IMG/VR virus record: IMGVR_UViG_3300037067_017589
DNA length: 64,000 nt
Source of the DNA: an uncultured virus (IMG/VR IMGVR_UViG_3300037067_017589)
Lineage: Duplodnaviria; Heunggongvirae; Uroviricota; Caudoviricetes
Strand: one strand, 5' to 3'
The notes below the pieces were generated by a model. That model was not told where the DNA came from. It saw only the letters and a list, made by a program, of their open reading frames with translations, and ran no database searches. The translations under genes were made by a program, and so were the position numbers. Positions 9,351 to 18,075 of the stretch are shown here, in pieces (position 1 is the stretch's first letter; each line of letters opens with the position of its first letter).

Positions 9351-9638
9351 TTAAAAATGATGTATTTTTACTAGAAAATTAAAATATATGGTCATATATT
9401 ATTATATATTATAAGGAAGAAACAATAAAAGATGTTACAAAGGAAGAAAAAAAAAATATAAGTTATGAACAACGTTTAATAATATTAAAGCAATTAGATG
9501 AAATGATAAAAACATCAGATAAAACAAATATAAAAGAAAGCTCACTAAAATTAAAAATCTTAAAAAAGCAGTATCTATTTTCTATAAAATATTATTACTT
9601 ATTAAAAGATTTCCACTATTTAAAAAAAAATAAAAGAG

Positions 9639-9645
9639 TGATATA
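9639..9645 (+). promoter_or_regulatory. TGATATA promoter-like motif 9 nt before the ATG (class A)
   Basis: Same motif and same 9-nt gap before the ATGs at 29621, 30711 and 55613. Confidence 0.55.
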
Positions 9646-9654
9646 GAGATTAAT

Positions 9655-11028
9655 ATGAGTACAGAATCAAAAATTGAAGATATTAAAAAGGAAGAAATTA
9701 TGAATAATTTAGAGGATAAACCAAAGGTAGATCCTGATAAGCTAGCAGCTCTTAAAGCGAGAGCTGCTCAAAAAAAATTAGAAGAATCACAAGTAATACA
9801 AGAAGAGGAATCTATGCCACCACGTATAGTTGAAGAAAGAAAAGTTAGTCTTCGTTTTGGTATTGTTGGTTCTGGACAGGCTGGTAGCCGTTTAGCAGAA
9901 CAATTTAGTTCATTAGGTTATCCGGCTGTTGTTTTTAATACAGCTCCACAAGATCTTGAAGATATTAAAGTACCAGAAGAAAATAAACTTTTATTAGATT
10001 TTGGTCTTGGTGGATGTGCGAAAGATCTTTCCTTAGGTAAAGATGCTGCTGATGCTTATAGAAATTCTATTAGTGAACTAATTCAACGTAAATTATCAGA
10101 TGTTCAAGTGTTTATTTTTTGTACATCTCTTGGTGGTGGTTCTGGTGCTGGTTCTGTAGAAGTTGTTGTTGATATTTTAGCTCAACTTGGAAAGCCTGTT
10201 GTTGTTCTTACGATTCTTCCAAAGGCTAGTGAAGATGCTCAATTAAAACATAATGCTTGGCAGACTTTAAGTAAGTTTACTAAGATGTTTAATGAACATA
10301 AAATTGATAATATTATCACGGTAGATAATGCTAAAATTGAATCACTATATAGTGATGTAGGTCCTTTTAATTTCTTTCCAGTATCAAATAAAGCAATTGT
10401 AGAACCTTTACATGCATTTAATGTAATGAGTCGTAGAAAGGATGAGGGTATTAAAGTTCTAGATTCTACTGAATTTGGAAAATTATTTGTTGATGGTAAA
10501 GGTTTTACAGTATATGGTCAAATGGCAGTTAGTGATTATGAAAATGAATTAGCAATTGCTACAGCTATTGTAGAATCATTAAAGGGTAATTTATTAGCAT
10601 CTGGTTTTAATATTAAACAAGCTCGTTATGCAGGTTTTATGCTTGTAGCCCCAGAACGTATTTGGAATAAAATTCCAAGTTCTAGTTTGGATTATGCACA
10701 ACAAATGATTAATGATGTGTGTGATAGTCCATTGGCAATCTTTTATGGTATTTATAAAGAAGAATCTTCTGAAGATTTTATTAAAGTTTATAGCATGTTT
10801 TCAGGATTAGGATTACCAACAGAACGTATTGATCAATTAAAAGAAGAAGCTCAATTAAAAATGGGTGTTGCACATAAAAAAGATGAACAACGTCAAATGA
10901 CAATGAAAGTAGATGTAGGAGAAGAAACTGTAAATAAAGTTGATGAGATTAAAAGAAAAATTGAACAAAAAACATCTTCTTTCAATAAATTACATAGTGG
11001 AGCTATTATAGATCGTAGAAAAAAATAA
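9655..11028 (+). CDS. Tubulin/FtsZ-family GTPase (PhuZ/TubZ-like)
   Basis: GIVGSGQAGSRLA (T1 loop), GGCAKD..LG, signature SLGGGSGAG, VDNAK, and a charged C-terminal tail. Confidence 0.85.
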   Translation: MSTESKIEDIKKEEIMNNLEDKPKVDPDKLAALKARAAQKKLEESQVIQEEESMPPRIVEERKVSLRFGIVGSGQAGSRLAEQFSSLGYPAVVFNTAPQDLEDIKVPEENKLLLDFGLGGCAKDLSLGKDAADAYRNSISELIQRKLSDVQVFIFCTSLGGGSGAGSVEVVVDILAQLGKPVVVLTILPKASEDAQLKHNAWQTLSKFTKMFNEHKIDNIITVDNAKIESLYSDVGPFNFFPVSNKAIVEPLHAFNVMSRRKDEGIKVLDSTEFGKLFVDGKGFTVYGQMAVSDYENELAIATAIVESLKGNLLASGFNIKQARYAGFMLVAPERIWNKIPSSSLDYAQQMINDVCDSPLAIFYGIYKEESSEDFIKVYSMFSGLGLPTERIDQLKEEAQLKMGVAHKKDEQRQMTMKVDVGEETVNKVDEIKRKIEQKTSSFNKLHSGAIIDRRKK

Positions 11029-11044
11029 TTAAAATAATAATGTG

Positions 11045-11080
11045 AATCAGCTGATATTGAATAATATCAGCTGATTTTTT
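11045..11080 (+). terminator. Intrinsic terminator
   Basis: 14-bp stem AATCAGCTGATATT/AATATCAGCTGATT followed by a T-tract, just after the tubulin stop. Confidence 0.8.
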
Positions 11081-11136
11081 ATTTTATAAAACTACATAAA
11101 GTAATATGTAGTATATGTCAACTACTAAATTTATAG

Positions 11137-11446
11137 GTGAACTACCCTCACCTAAAGGTAAGGGCTTCTTGGATCGCCATGGTTCCAACATATTGAGAAT
11201 TATCCTCAATAGCCTGTCCCAGGCAATAAATGTTTAGTAACTAAAATTTTGATTCATTTTTCTAAAAAGATCACATCATATATTTGAATCAAGCCTCAAA
11301 GAGGCTTTGTGCTAAAAAATAGCACCATGTGATCTCCTATTTAGAATATATCAAGAAATTCCTAGAAATAAAGAAAATTTCTAAAGAAAAAAGTTTAACA
11401 ACAATTCATCCCTCTCCTAAAGGAAAGGGACTTCTTGTTGAAAAGG
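11137..11446 (-). mobile_element. Non-autonomous IS200/IS605-type element, copy 3, 310 bp (intergenic)
   Basis: Same ends; flanked by TTAAA at 11447-11451. Confidence 0.9.
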
Positions 11447-11505
11447 TTAAATATTTTAAATAATAATATTAAATATAATTCACTAGCAGATATAGAATCA
11501 AATAT

Positions 11506-12978
11506 ATGAATAAAATAATAGTATTCGATAATTCTTGTAAATTATTTTCTAATGATGCTGAATTATATCAACAATTAAATAAATTATTATCATTTACTAT
11601 TCAAGGTGCAGAATTTTCACAAGCATATAAAGGGCATATTAATGAATTTGGTGATTTTGTATCATGGGATGGTAGAAGATATTTAATGTCTTCTACTGGA
11701 AAATTTCCAATTGGTTTATTACAAAGAGTATTAAAATTCTTTGAAGAAAAAAAAATAGAAGTTGAAATTGTTGATAATAAAAATTCAAAGACACCAATAA
11801 AAGAAATAGATATTTCAAAAAAGCTAAAGGATATTAATATGGTTCCACGACCATATCAAATAAATATTGCTAATGAAGCTGTTAAACATGATCGTGGTAT
11901 TATTAAAGCAGCTACAGGATGTGGCAAAACTTTATGTACAACATTAATTACAGCTAAATTTGGTAAACCTACATTAATTATGGTAATTGGAACTGATTTA
12001 TTATATCAAACACATAATGTGTTTTCTAAAATTTTCGATGAAGAAATTGGTATTATAGGTGATGGACATTGTAACATTAAAAATATTAATATAGCAAGTG
12101 TTTGGACAATTTCTAGCGCATTGGGTATTATGGAAAAATGTTCATTGGATGATTCTGATGAAAAAGAAAAAGAAGTTTCGTCAGAAAAATTTCAAGATAT
12201 AAAGAAAATGCTTCTTTCTGCAAGGGTAGTTATTATTGATGAAGCACATGTTTGTGCAGCCCCTACATTAGTAGGAATTTCTCAAAATATTAAAGCTGAA
12301 CATGTTTATGGAATGTCTGCTTCACCTTGGAGAGATGATAATCAAGATATGTTAATAGAAGCTTTTCTTGGTAAAAGAATTATTGATTTATCTGCAAAAG
12401 ATTTAATTAAACAAGGATATTTAGTTAAGCCAATTATTCGTTTTCTTGTACCAAAATATTATCCATACAAAAGTGGTGTGTATCAAAAAATATATGCTAA
12501 ATATATTACTGAAAATGAACAACGCAATGGAATGATTGTTACTGGTGCTATAAAAATGATTGAACAAGGATTAGTTCCATTAGTATTATTTAATAGTATT
12601 AAACATGGTGATATTTTATATAAACAATTAAAAGATAAAGTTCCAACCGCACTATTAAGTGGAAAGCATCCTTCAAAAGTTCGTGAAAAAATAAAAAAAG
12701 ATATTGAAAATGGAAAAATAAAGTGTATAATAGCAAGTAAGATTTTTGATTGGGGTTTAGATTTACCAATTTTGTCTGGTTTAATAATAGGTAGTGCTGG
12801 AAAATCTTCTGTAAGAGCACTACAAAGAATCGGTCGAGTAATTCGTCCTTATCCTGGAAAGAAATTTGCAGCAATCATTGACTTTGCAGATCAAGCGCCG
12901 TATCTTTGTGAACATGCAAAAAAAAGAAAAGAAATATATGAAACTGAATTTGAAGTACAGTGGCCATTGAAAGATTAA
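11506..12978 (+). CDS. Superfamily 2 DExH helicase (UvsW/XPB-like)
   Basis: PRPYQ, ATGCGKT, IIDEAH, GMSASP.R, GLDLP, QRIGRVIR. Confidence 0.9.
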   Translation: MNKIIVFDNSCKLFSNDAELYQQLNKLLSFTIQGAEFSQAYKGHINEFGDFVSWDGRRYLMSSTGKFPIGLLQRVLKFFEEKKIEVEIVDNKNSKTPIKEIDISKKLKDINMVPRPYQINIANEAVKHDRGIIKAATGCGKTLCTTLITAKFGKPTLIMVIGTDLLYQTHNVFSKIFDEEIGIIGDGHCNIKNINIASVWTISSALGIMEKCSLDDSDEKEKEVSSEKFQDIKKMLLSARVVIIDEAHVCAAPTLVGISQNIKAEHVYGMSASPWRDDNQDMLIEAFLGKRIIDLSAKDLIKQGYLVKPIIRFLVPKYYPYKSGVYQKIYAKYITENEQRNGMIVTGAIKMIEQGLVPLVLFNSIKHGDILYKQLKDKVPTALLSGKHPSKVREKIKKDIENGKIKCIIASKIFDWGLDLPILSGLIIGSAGKSSVRALQRIGRVIRPYPGKKFAAIIDFADQAPYLCEHAKKRKEIYETEFEVQWPLKD

Positions 12979-13034
12979 ATTGTTCTTGATAATTTTTTAA
13001 GCATACTGCATACTTAAATATTCGGGAGTTTATT

Positions 13035-13643
13035 ATGGTTAAACAAGCAGGAAAATTAAGCGGATTAAAACATGATGGCAGACCAAATGCCTATTGGAGA
13101 AAATTCAAGGAACGGCTTGATTCGTATTCTGATATTCCGGTAGTAAATTGGAAAGAAGATCAATTTCTTGGACATATATTAAAAAGATATAAAGATCAAA
13201 TGGGAATTGATTTTTCTCTTTCGTTTAGTGGGCCTCCAACAAAATGTAAAGAAATTTATTGTCTTCGAAGAATGATATTAGCATTAGGAACTGAAGATTC
13301 TACTAGTATTAAAAATTATATTGATTGGATGTTTGATTGTATAATAATTCCACAAAAAGTTACAATTTCAAGCATTGCTTATTTTTTCACAACTGCTTTT
13401 ATTCTTAAATTTAAGAAAGAGAGTAGAAAAAATAATAGAATTACAAGAGCAACAATTTTACCAGAAAAATATAAAGTTATTGTTTCTAATTTAGAATTGG
13501 ATGTAAATACATATGGTGATTTAGCTTTTGCAAAAGTTGCAATTCAAGATGATCCAAATAATAATGTTTATGATGTTTATGGTAAATTATTTACAGAATT
13601 AAAAACTATTGGTTTTGATGAATCTGTATTAAATATTATTTAA
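13035..13643 (+). CDS. Hypothetical protein in the replication cluster
   Basis: 202-aa ORF with GGGAG RBS; no recognised motif. Confidence 0.6.
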   Translation: MVKQAGKLSGLKHDGRPNAYWRKFKERLDSYSDIPVVNWKEDQFLGHILKRYKDQMGIDFSLSFSGPPTKCKEIYCLRRMILALGTEDSTSIKNYIDWMFDCIIIPQKVTISSIAYFFTTAFILKFKKESRKNNRITRATILPEKYKVIVSNLELDVNTYGDLAFAKVAIQDDPNNNVYDVYGKLFTELKTIGFDESVLNII

Positions 13644-13653
13644 AGGAAGGTCA

Positions 13654-14088
13654 ATGGAATTTATTAAAATTGGTTCTTTTGTAAAAATTATATGTAAAAA
13701 TGGTTTTGTAGATGCTGGTAAAGTTCTTGAGTTATCTGATAATCAATTAGTTCTTGAATTATCTGATAAATCAATTTCAATTATATTACAACCAAAAGAA
13801 AATATTGTTAATATAAAGGTTGCAAGTGATAAAATTTTACAAGAAATTGAAAAGCCTATATATGTAGAAAATTTAGATATACCAGAAATAGAACATATAC
13901 CATTTCAAAGAGAAGATTTACGAGCAAAAAAATTATCAGAATTACATAAACTGAAAGCAAATGAGGAACGTAAGCGAGCAGAAAAATTATTACGTTCAAA
14001 TAAACTTTCCATAGCTCCAGAGGTTATATTTGGAACACCAAACTTTACAAAATCCTTTTCTCAACATCCCAAGAAAAAAACTAGATGA
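13654..14088 (+). CDS. Hypothetical protein
   Basis: 144-aa ORF with AGGAAGG RBS. Confidence 0.55.
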   Translation: MEFIKIGSFVKIICKNGFVDAGKVLELSDNQLVLELSDKSISIILQPKENIVNIKVASDKILQEIEKPIYVENLDIPEIEHIPFQREDLRAKKLSELHKLKANEERKRAEKLLRSNKLSIAPEVIFGTPNFTKSFSQHPKKKTR

Positions 14089-14752
14089 TGCTATTGATGA
14101 TATAATTTCAGTTCATTCTAATAATGGAATTCTAACTTCTGATGGGGCTATGCTTGTTGAAATGTTTCAACGTTATTACAATGCCAATATTCCAGTTGAT
14201 TATTGGTGGCGTGATATGCATGATTTTATTGGTCCAAAAATTCTTAAAAATTATTACAATAGTATTACTTTAGATATTAAAAAATCTTTCAAAGAAGGTC
14301 AAAGCGCAAGATTTGCAGGTTCCCATGGTACTGGGAAAACGATCACGGTTTCTTCAATTTTAAAGCGTGTTGTAGAGAGTAATAAATATAGTGCACTTTA
14401 TGTTAATTTAACAGATATAATTCATATTATGTTAAATACTGATTCTGAAACAAAAAATACTGCACGATCAATGTTATTATCAGAAGATTTTGTTGTAATT
14501 GATGAATTAGATACTAGATTTATGGGTTCTGAAAATGCTGCAGATTTATTTGGTAGAATTTTAGAACCAATTATGAGAACTAGAATTCAAAATAGAATGC
14601 CTTTATTTTTTTGTACAAATAGTATAAAAATAGAAGGAAGTTTTTCAGGTCCATTACAGGCAAGTATTGAAAGTTTATTTAATCTTGTTAGATTCATTCC
14701 TGTGATTGGTGGAAAAGATGTTCGTGAAAATATTCGCAAAGGTGAACTTTAA
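14030..14752 (+). CDS. DnaC/IstB-like AAA+ ATPase (helicase loader)
   Basis: Walker A GSHGTGKT, Walker B VVIDELD and R...RMPLFFCTN; directly upstream of and overlapping dnaB. Confidence 0.8.
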   Translation: MEHQTLQNPFLNIPRKKLDDAIDDIISVHSNNGILTSDGAMLVEMFQRYYNANIPVDYWWRDMHDFIGPKILKNYYNSITLDIKKSFKEGQSARFAGSHGTGKTITVSSILKRVVESNKYSALYVNLTDIIHIMLNTDSETKNTARSMLLSEDFVVIDELDTRFMGSENAADLFGRILEPIMRTRIQNRMPLFFCTNSIKIEGSFSGPLQASIESLFNLVRFIPVIGGKDVRENIRKGEL

Positions 14753-16971
14753 TGCAAGAAGAATTAGATCTAAGAATATTAAAATCCATTATTACTGATA
14801 AAGTTAATGGTTTATCTTTTTGCTATAAATATGATAATAGTATTTTTGATGAGAAATCTCAAAGATTTGCGAAATTAGTTATAGATTATATACAACATTT
14901 TAAAGCTTCGCCAACTCGAAGAACATTGATAGATATACATAAGGATAATTCTAGTATTGTTGATATTATTAATGATTCTTTTGATGAAATTGAATCATTA
15001 GAATATGATATTAAAGAATTTTCTTATGATTTAACACAATTTAAGAAACGATTTCAAATAGATTCTGTTGAAAAAATTCGCGATCAAGCTAATTTAGAAG
15101 ATCCAGATCATCCACAAGATCCTGAAGATTATTTTAATAAATTGTCTTTAGCAATTAGTAAAATTACATCTCTTGATTTAGAAAGAACATATACACAAAA
15201 ACCAGTTGGTGATTATGTAGATGAATTTTCAGAATCATATAATTCATATAAATTAAATCCTGAATCTTTTCAAGAAATTCAAACTCATTATAGTATGCTT
15301 GATACTGTATGTGGTGGTTTTGTTTCAGGAGATTTGGTAATGGTTGGTGGGGAAACTAATAGTGGGAAAGCCTTAGCTATAAATACCCCAATAATAACTC
15401 CTACTGGTTGGACTACAATGGGGGAATTAAAAGTAGGAGATGTAGTTTTTGGTAATGATGGAAAACCATGTAATATTATAGCTACATCAGGTATAATGAA
15501 TGGTAATGATTGTTATGAAATAGAATTTTCAGATGGTGCAAAAATTATTACTGACTCTAATCATAAATGGTGTGTAGAAGAATATAACTATCCTCTTTCT
15601 ACAAAAGAATTATTTGATAAAATTAGTAATAATTATTTTTATATTAAAGCATGTAAACCTTTATTATACCCAAATGCAGATTTTTCAATTAACCCTTATA
15701 TTTTTGGTAAGTGGTTAGCGGGTATTGAATTATTTGAAGATATTTCAAATGAATTAGATGTATATAATTTTTCTGTTAAAAAATATATTCCCAAAATATA
15801 TTTAAAATCATCAATAGATCAAAGATTAGAATTAATACGTGGATTTTTCTCTTCTTCTTATATTGTTGATGGTTTTATATCTAAAAATATAGAAAAAGAA
15901 TTAATATATGATTTAGTAGAATTATTAAGATCTGTTGGTTTAATTCCGATTATAGATTATTATAAATGCACTTCATATGAAACATATTCTATTTCGTTTA
16001 AAACATATTATTTTGGTATTAATTCATTCCCAAATAGAAGTATTAAAAAGATTATAAAAGTTGATTCTGTACCAGTTCAATGTATTCAAGTAGATTCAAG
16101 TTCTAGTTGTTTTCTTTGTGGTAAAGAAATGATTCCAACTCACAATTCTCAATTACTTAATAATATGGGTAAACAAATATGGTTACAAGACAATACTGTG
16201 GAAAATGTATCTAATATTACAAAAGGACATAATATTTTATATTTTTCATTAGAAATGCCATATAGAAGTTGTTTTATGAGATTTTTAGCTAGTTTAGCTA
16301 ATGTTCCTCAAAGATCTTTAGCTAAAGCATGTTTAACAGCTGATGAAGAAATAAGAGTAAAAAAAGCTTATAAATTTATAAAAGAATATCAGGATGCAGG
16401 GTATTATTTTGATATAGTAGACACGCCTAGAAATTTAACAATTGAGGAGATTGAATTAAGATATAACGATGCTATGTTAAGATATCGACCTGATATTGTA
16501 GTTGTAGATTATATGGGTTTAATGCACAATCCAGCTATGGCTAGAGAACAAGATTGGTTAAAAATGGGGGCTATAGCTTGTAGTTTACATGAGTTTGGTA
16601 GAGCTTATGATTGCGTAGTTATTACAGCAGCTCAATTAACAGATATTAAAAGAGGTTCACAAGGTGGTGGAGAAGAAAGTAGAAGAGTTGGTGTTCATAG
16701 ATGGGGAAGATCTAGTTTAATTATGCATAATGTAAATGTTGGTATACAAATTGAAACAAGACCAAATGAAGAAATATTTCCAGATTTAAAATGGCATATA
16801 GTTAAAAATAGAAATGGACCATTAGCTAAAGGAAGTCTTATTAAAAACTTTACAAATTCATCATTAATTGATGTTCCATTTAATAAAAATGAAATTCCAG
16901 GAGATGTATCTTCTAATATTCCTAATTTAATAAAACAAATTCAAGAAGCTAAGAATAAAAAAGAGGATTAA
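14752..16971 (+). CDS. dnaB: DnaB-like replicative helicase containing an intein
   Basis: P-loop GGETNSGK|S split by the intein; FSLEM, VVVDYMGLM, TAAQL, IVKNRNGP. Confidence 0.9.
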   Translation: MQEELDLRILKSIITDKVNGLSFCYKYDNSIFDEKSQRFAKLVIDYIQHFKASPTRRTLIDIHKDNSSIVDIINDSFDEIESLEYDIKEFSYDLTQFKKRFQIDSVEKIRDQANLEDPDHPQDPEDYFNKLSLAISKITSLDLERTYTQKPVGDYVDEFSESYNSYKLNPESFQEIQTHYSMLDTVCGGFVSGDLVMVGGETNSGKALAINTPIITPTGWTTMGELKVGDVVFGNDGKPCNIIATSGIMNGNDCYEIEFSDGAKIITDSNHKWCVEEYNYPLSTKELFDKISNNYFYIKACKPLLYPNADFSINPYIFGKWLAGIELFEDISNELDVYNFSVKKYIPKIYLKSSIDQRLELIRGFFSSSYIVDGFISKNIEKELIYDLVELLRSVGLIPIIDYYKCTSYETYSISFKTYYFGINSFPNRSIKKIIKVDSVPVQCIQVDSSSSCFLCGKEMIPTHNSQLLNNMGKQIWLQDNTVENVSNITKGHNILYFSLEMPYRSCFMRFLASLANVPQRSLAKACLTADEEIRVKKAYKFIKEYQDAGYYFDIVDTPRNLTIEEIELRYNDAMLRYRPDIVVVDYMGLMHNPAMAREQDWLKMGAIACSLHEFGRAYDCVVITAAQLTDIKRGSQGGGEESRRVGVHRWGRSSLIMHNVNVGIQIETRPNEEIFPDLKWHIVKNRNGPLAKGSLIKNFTNSSLIDVPFNKNEIPGDVSSNIPNLIKQIQEAKNKKED
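15370..16146 (+). mobile_element. Class 3 (Ala1, WCT) intein, 259 aa, with a decayed LAGLIDADG region
   Basis: Starts ALAINTPIITPTGW; block B HKW, block F VQCIQV, ends IPTHN before Ser. Confidence 0.85.
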
Positions 16972-17147
16972 TGTTAGATAAAAATGATACAGTTGCTCGT
17001 GCAATAAGAATGGAAACAGATCCTATTACAGGAGATTTATATTTGGTATTCAAAGTAATTGATGAATCATTTAAACAAAGAGTTCGAGAAAATTGGATTG
17101 ATGATGTTGAATTAATAGTACTTGGAAAAGATTTGATACAAAAATAG
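16971..17147 (+). CDS. Small hypothetical protein (58 aa; below the ORF-track cutoff)
   Basis: ATG overlaps the dnaB stop (TAATG) with GAGG RBS; translates MLDKNDTVARAIRMETDPITGDLYLVF...LIQK. Confidence 0.7.
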   Translation: MLDKNDTVARAIRMETDPITGDLYLVFKVIDESFKQRVRENWIDDVELIVLGKDLIQK

Positions 17148-17155
17148 GAGTTAAA

Positions 17156-17416
17156 ATGCCAACTTACGAGCACGGATGTTCTAAATGCGGTTATGAATGG
17201 GAAGATATTTATAGCATACATGATTCTGTTCCTACTGTATGCCCAAATTGCAAAAGTGAAGGAAATATTAAGAGATTAATTTCAACACCAGCTACTGGAA
17301 AAGTAGAATTAACTGGAAAAGATCTTGTACGTAAATTATGGAAAGAAGGAAAGGATCTTGCAAAACAAGCTAAAACAAATGATAATTTAGCTGCAAATTT
17401 ATATGGTACTAAATAA
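17156..17416 (+). CDS. FmdB-family zinc-ribbon protein
   Basis: MPTYEHGCSKCG...CPNCKS...KRLIS pattern. Confidence 0.8.
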   Translation: MPTYEHGCSKCGYEWEDIYSIHDSVPTVCPNCKSEGNIKRLISTPATGKVELTGKDLVRKLWKEGKDLAKQAKTNDNLAANLYGTK

Positions 17417-17425
17417 GGAATTACT

Positions 17426-18073
17426 ATGAAATCTAATAATATAGAGATTAATGATATAGTATTTCAATTAGTAACTATTCGTAGAGAATACGAAAAAATA
17501 AAAAGTTCAAAACTAAAAAATGAATTAAAAAAAATTCAAGGATTATGTATTGAAAAATTAGAGTATCTTGTAGATGCTAGAACTCGTAGATATCGTAATT
17601 TTGCTAATTATGAAGATCTTCGTCAAGATGCTAGAATTGCATTATATTCAGCTTTGCATTCATATAATCCTGAAAAGGGTGATTTTTTTTGGTGGGCTAA
17701 TAAATATATGAAAACAAAGGTTAGTAGAGAAGCAAATAGACATTCAACTATTAAAATACCTTTAAAGCACGCTAGAAATATTCAACCTTATAAAGTTTCT
17801 CAAATTCCAATAATGATTGATGATAATCCTAGTGCATCAGATAATTTTTCTACTTGTGAAAATTCTATTATCATTAAGAATGCTGTTTTAAAATTACCAG
17901 AAGAACAAAGACGGGTAATAGAGTTGCATTATGAAATGACGAATGATAGATGTAATCTAAATTCAATTGATAAAATATGTGGACAATTGAAGATTACTAG
18001 GGTAATATGCTTAAAATTATTAAATGAAGCTAAAAGAAAATTAAAACAAGAGTTAATAGGTTTGGAGATTTAA
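17426..18073 (+). CDS. Sigma-70 family RNA polymerase sigma factor (regions 2 and 4)
   Basis: YEDLRQDARIALYSALHSYNPEKGDF (region 2) and KLPEEQRRVIELHY...HTH...EAKRKLK (region 4). Confidence 0.85.
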   Translation: MKSNNIEINDIVFQLVTIRREYEKIKSSKLKNELKKIQGLCIEKLEYLVDARTRRYRNFANYEDLRQDARIALYSALHSYNPEKGDFFWWANKYMKTKVSREANRHSTIKIPLKHARNIQPYKVSQIPIMIDDNPSASDNFSTCENSIIIKNAVLKLPEEQRRVIELHYEMTNDRCNLNSIDKICGQLKITRVICLKLLNEAKRKLKQELIGLEI

Positions 18074-18075
18074 TT

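Noticed and set aside
11117..11125. GTCAACTAC next to copy 3 resembling a second element end
   Set aside because: Only 9 bp with no accompanying hairpin; may be chance.
4582..11446. The 310-bp repeats as a CRISPR array or classical TIR MITE
   Set aside because: Copies are dispersed over kilobases with no repeat-spacer periodicity, no terminal inverted repeats and no target duplications.
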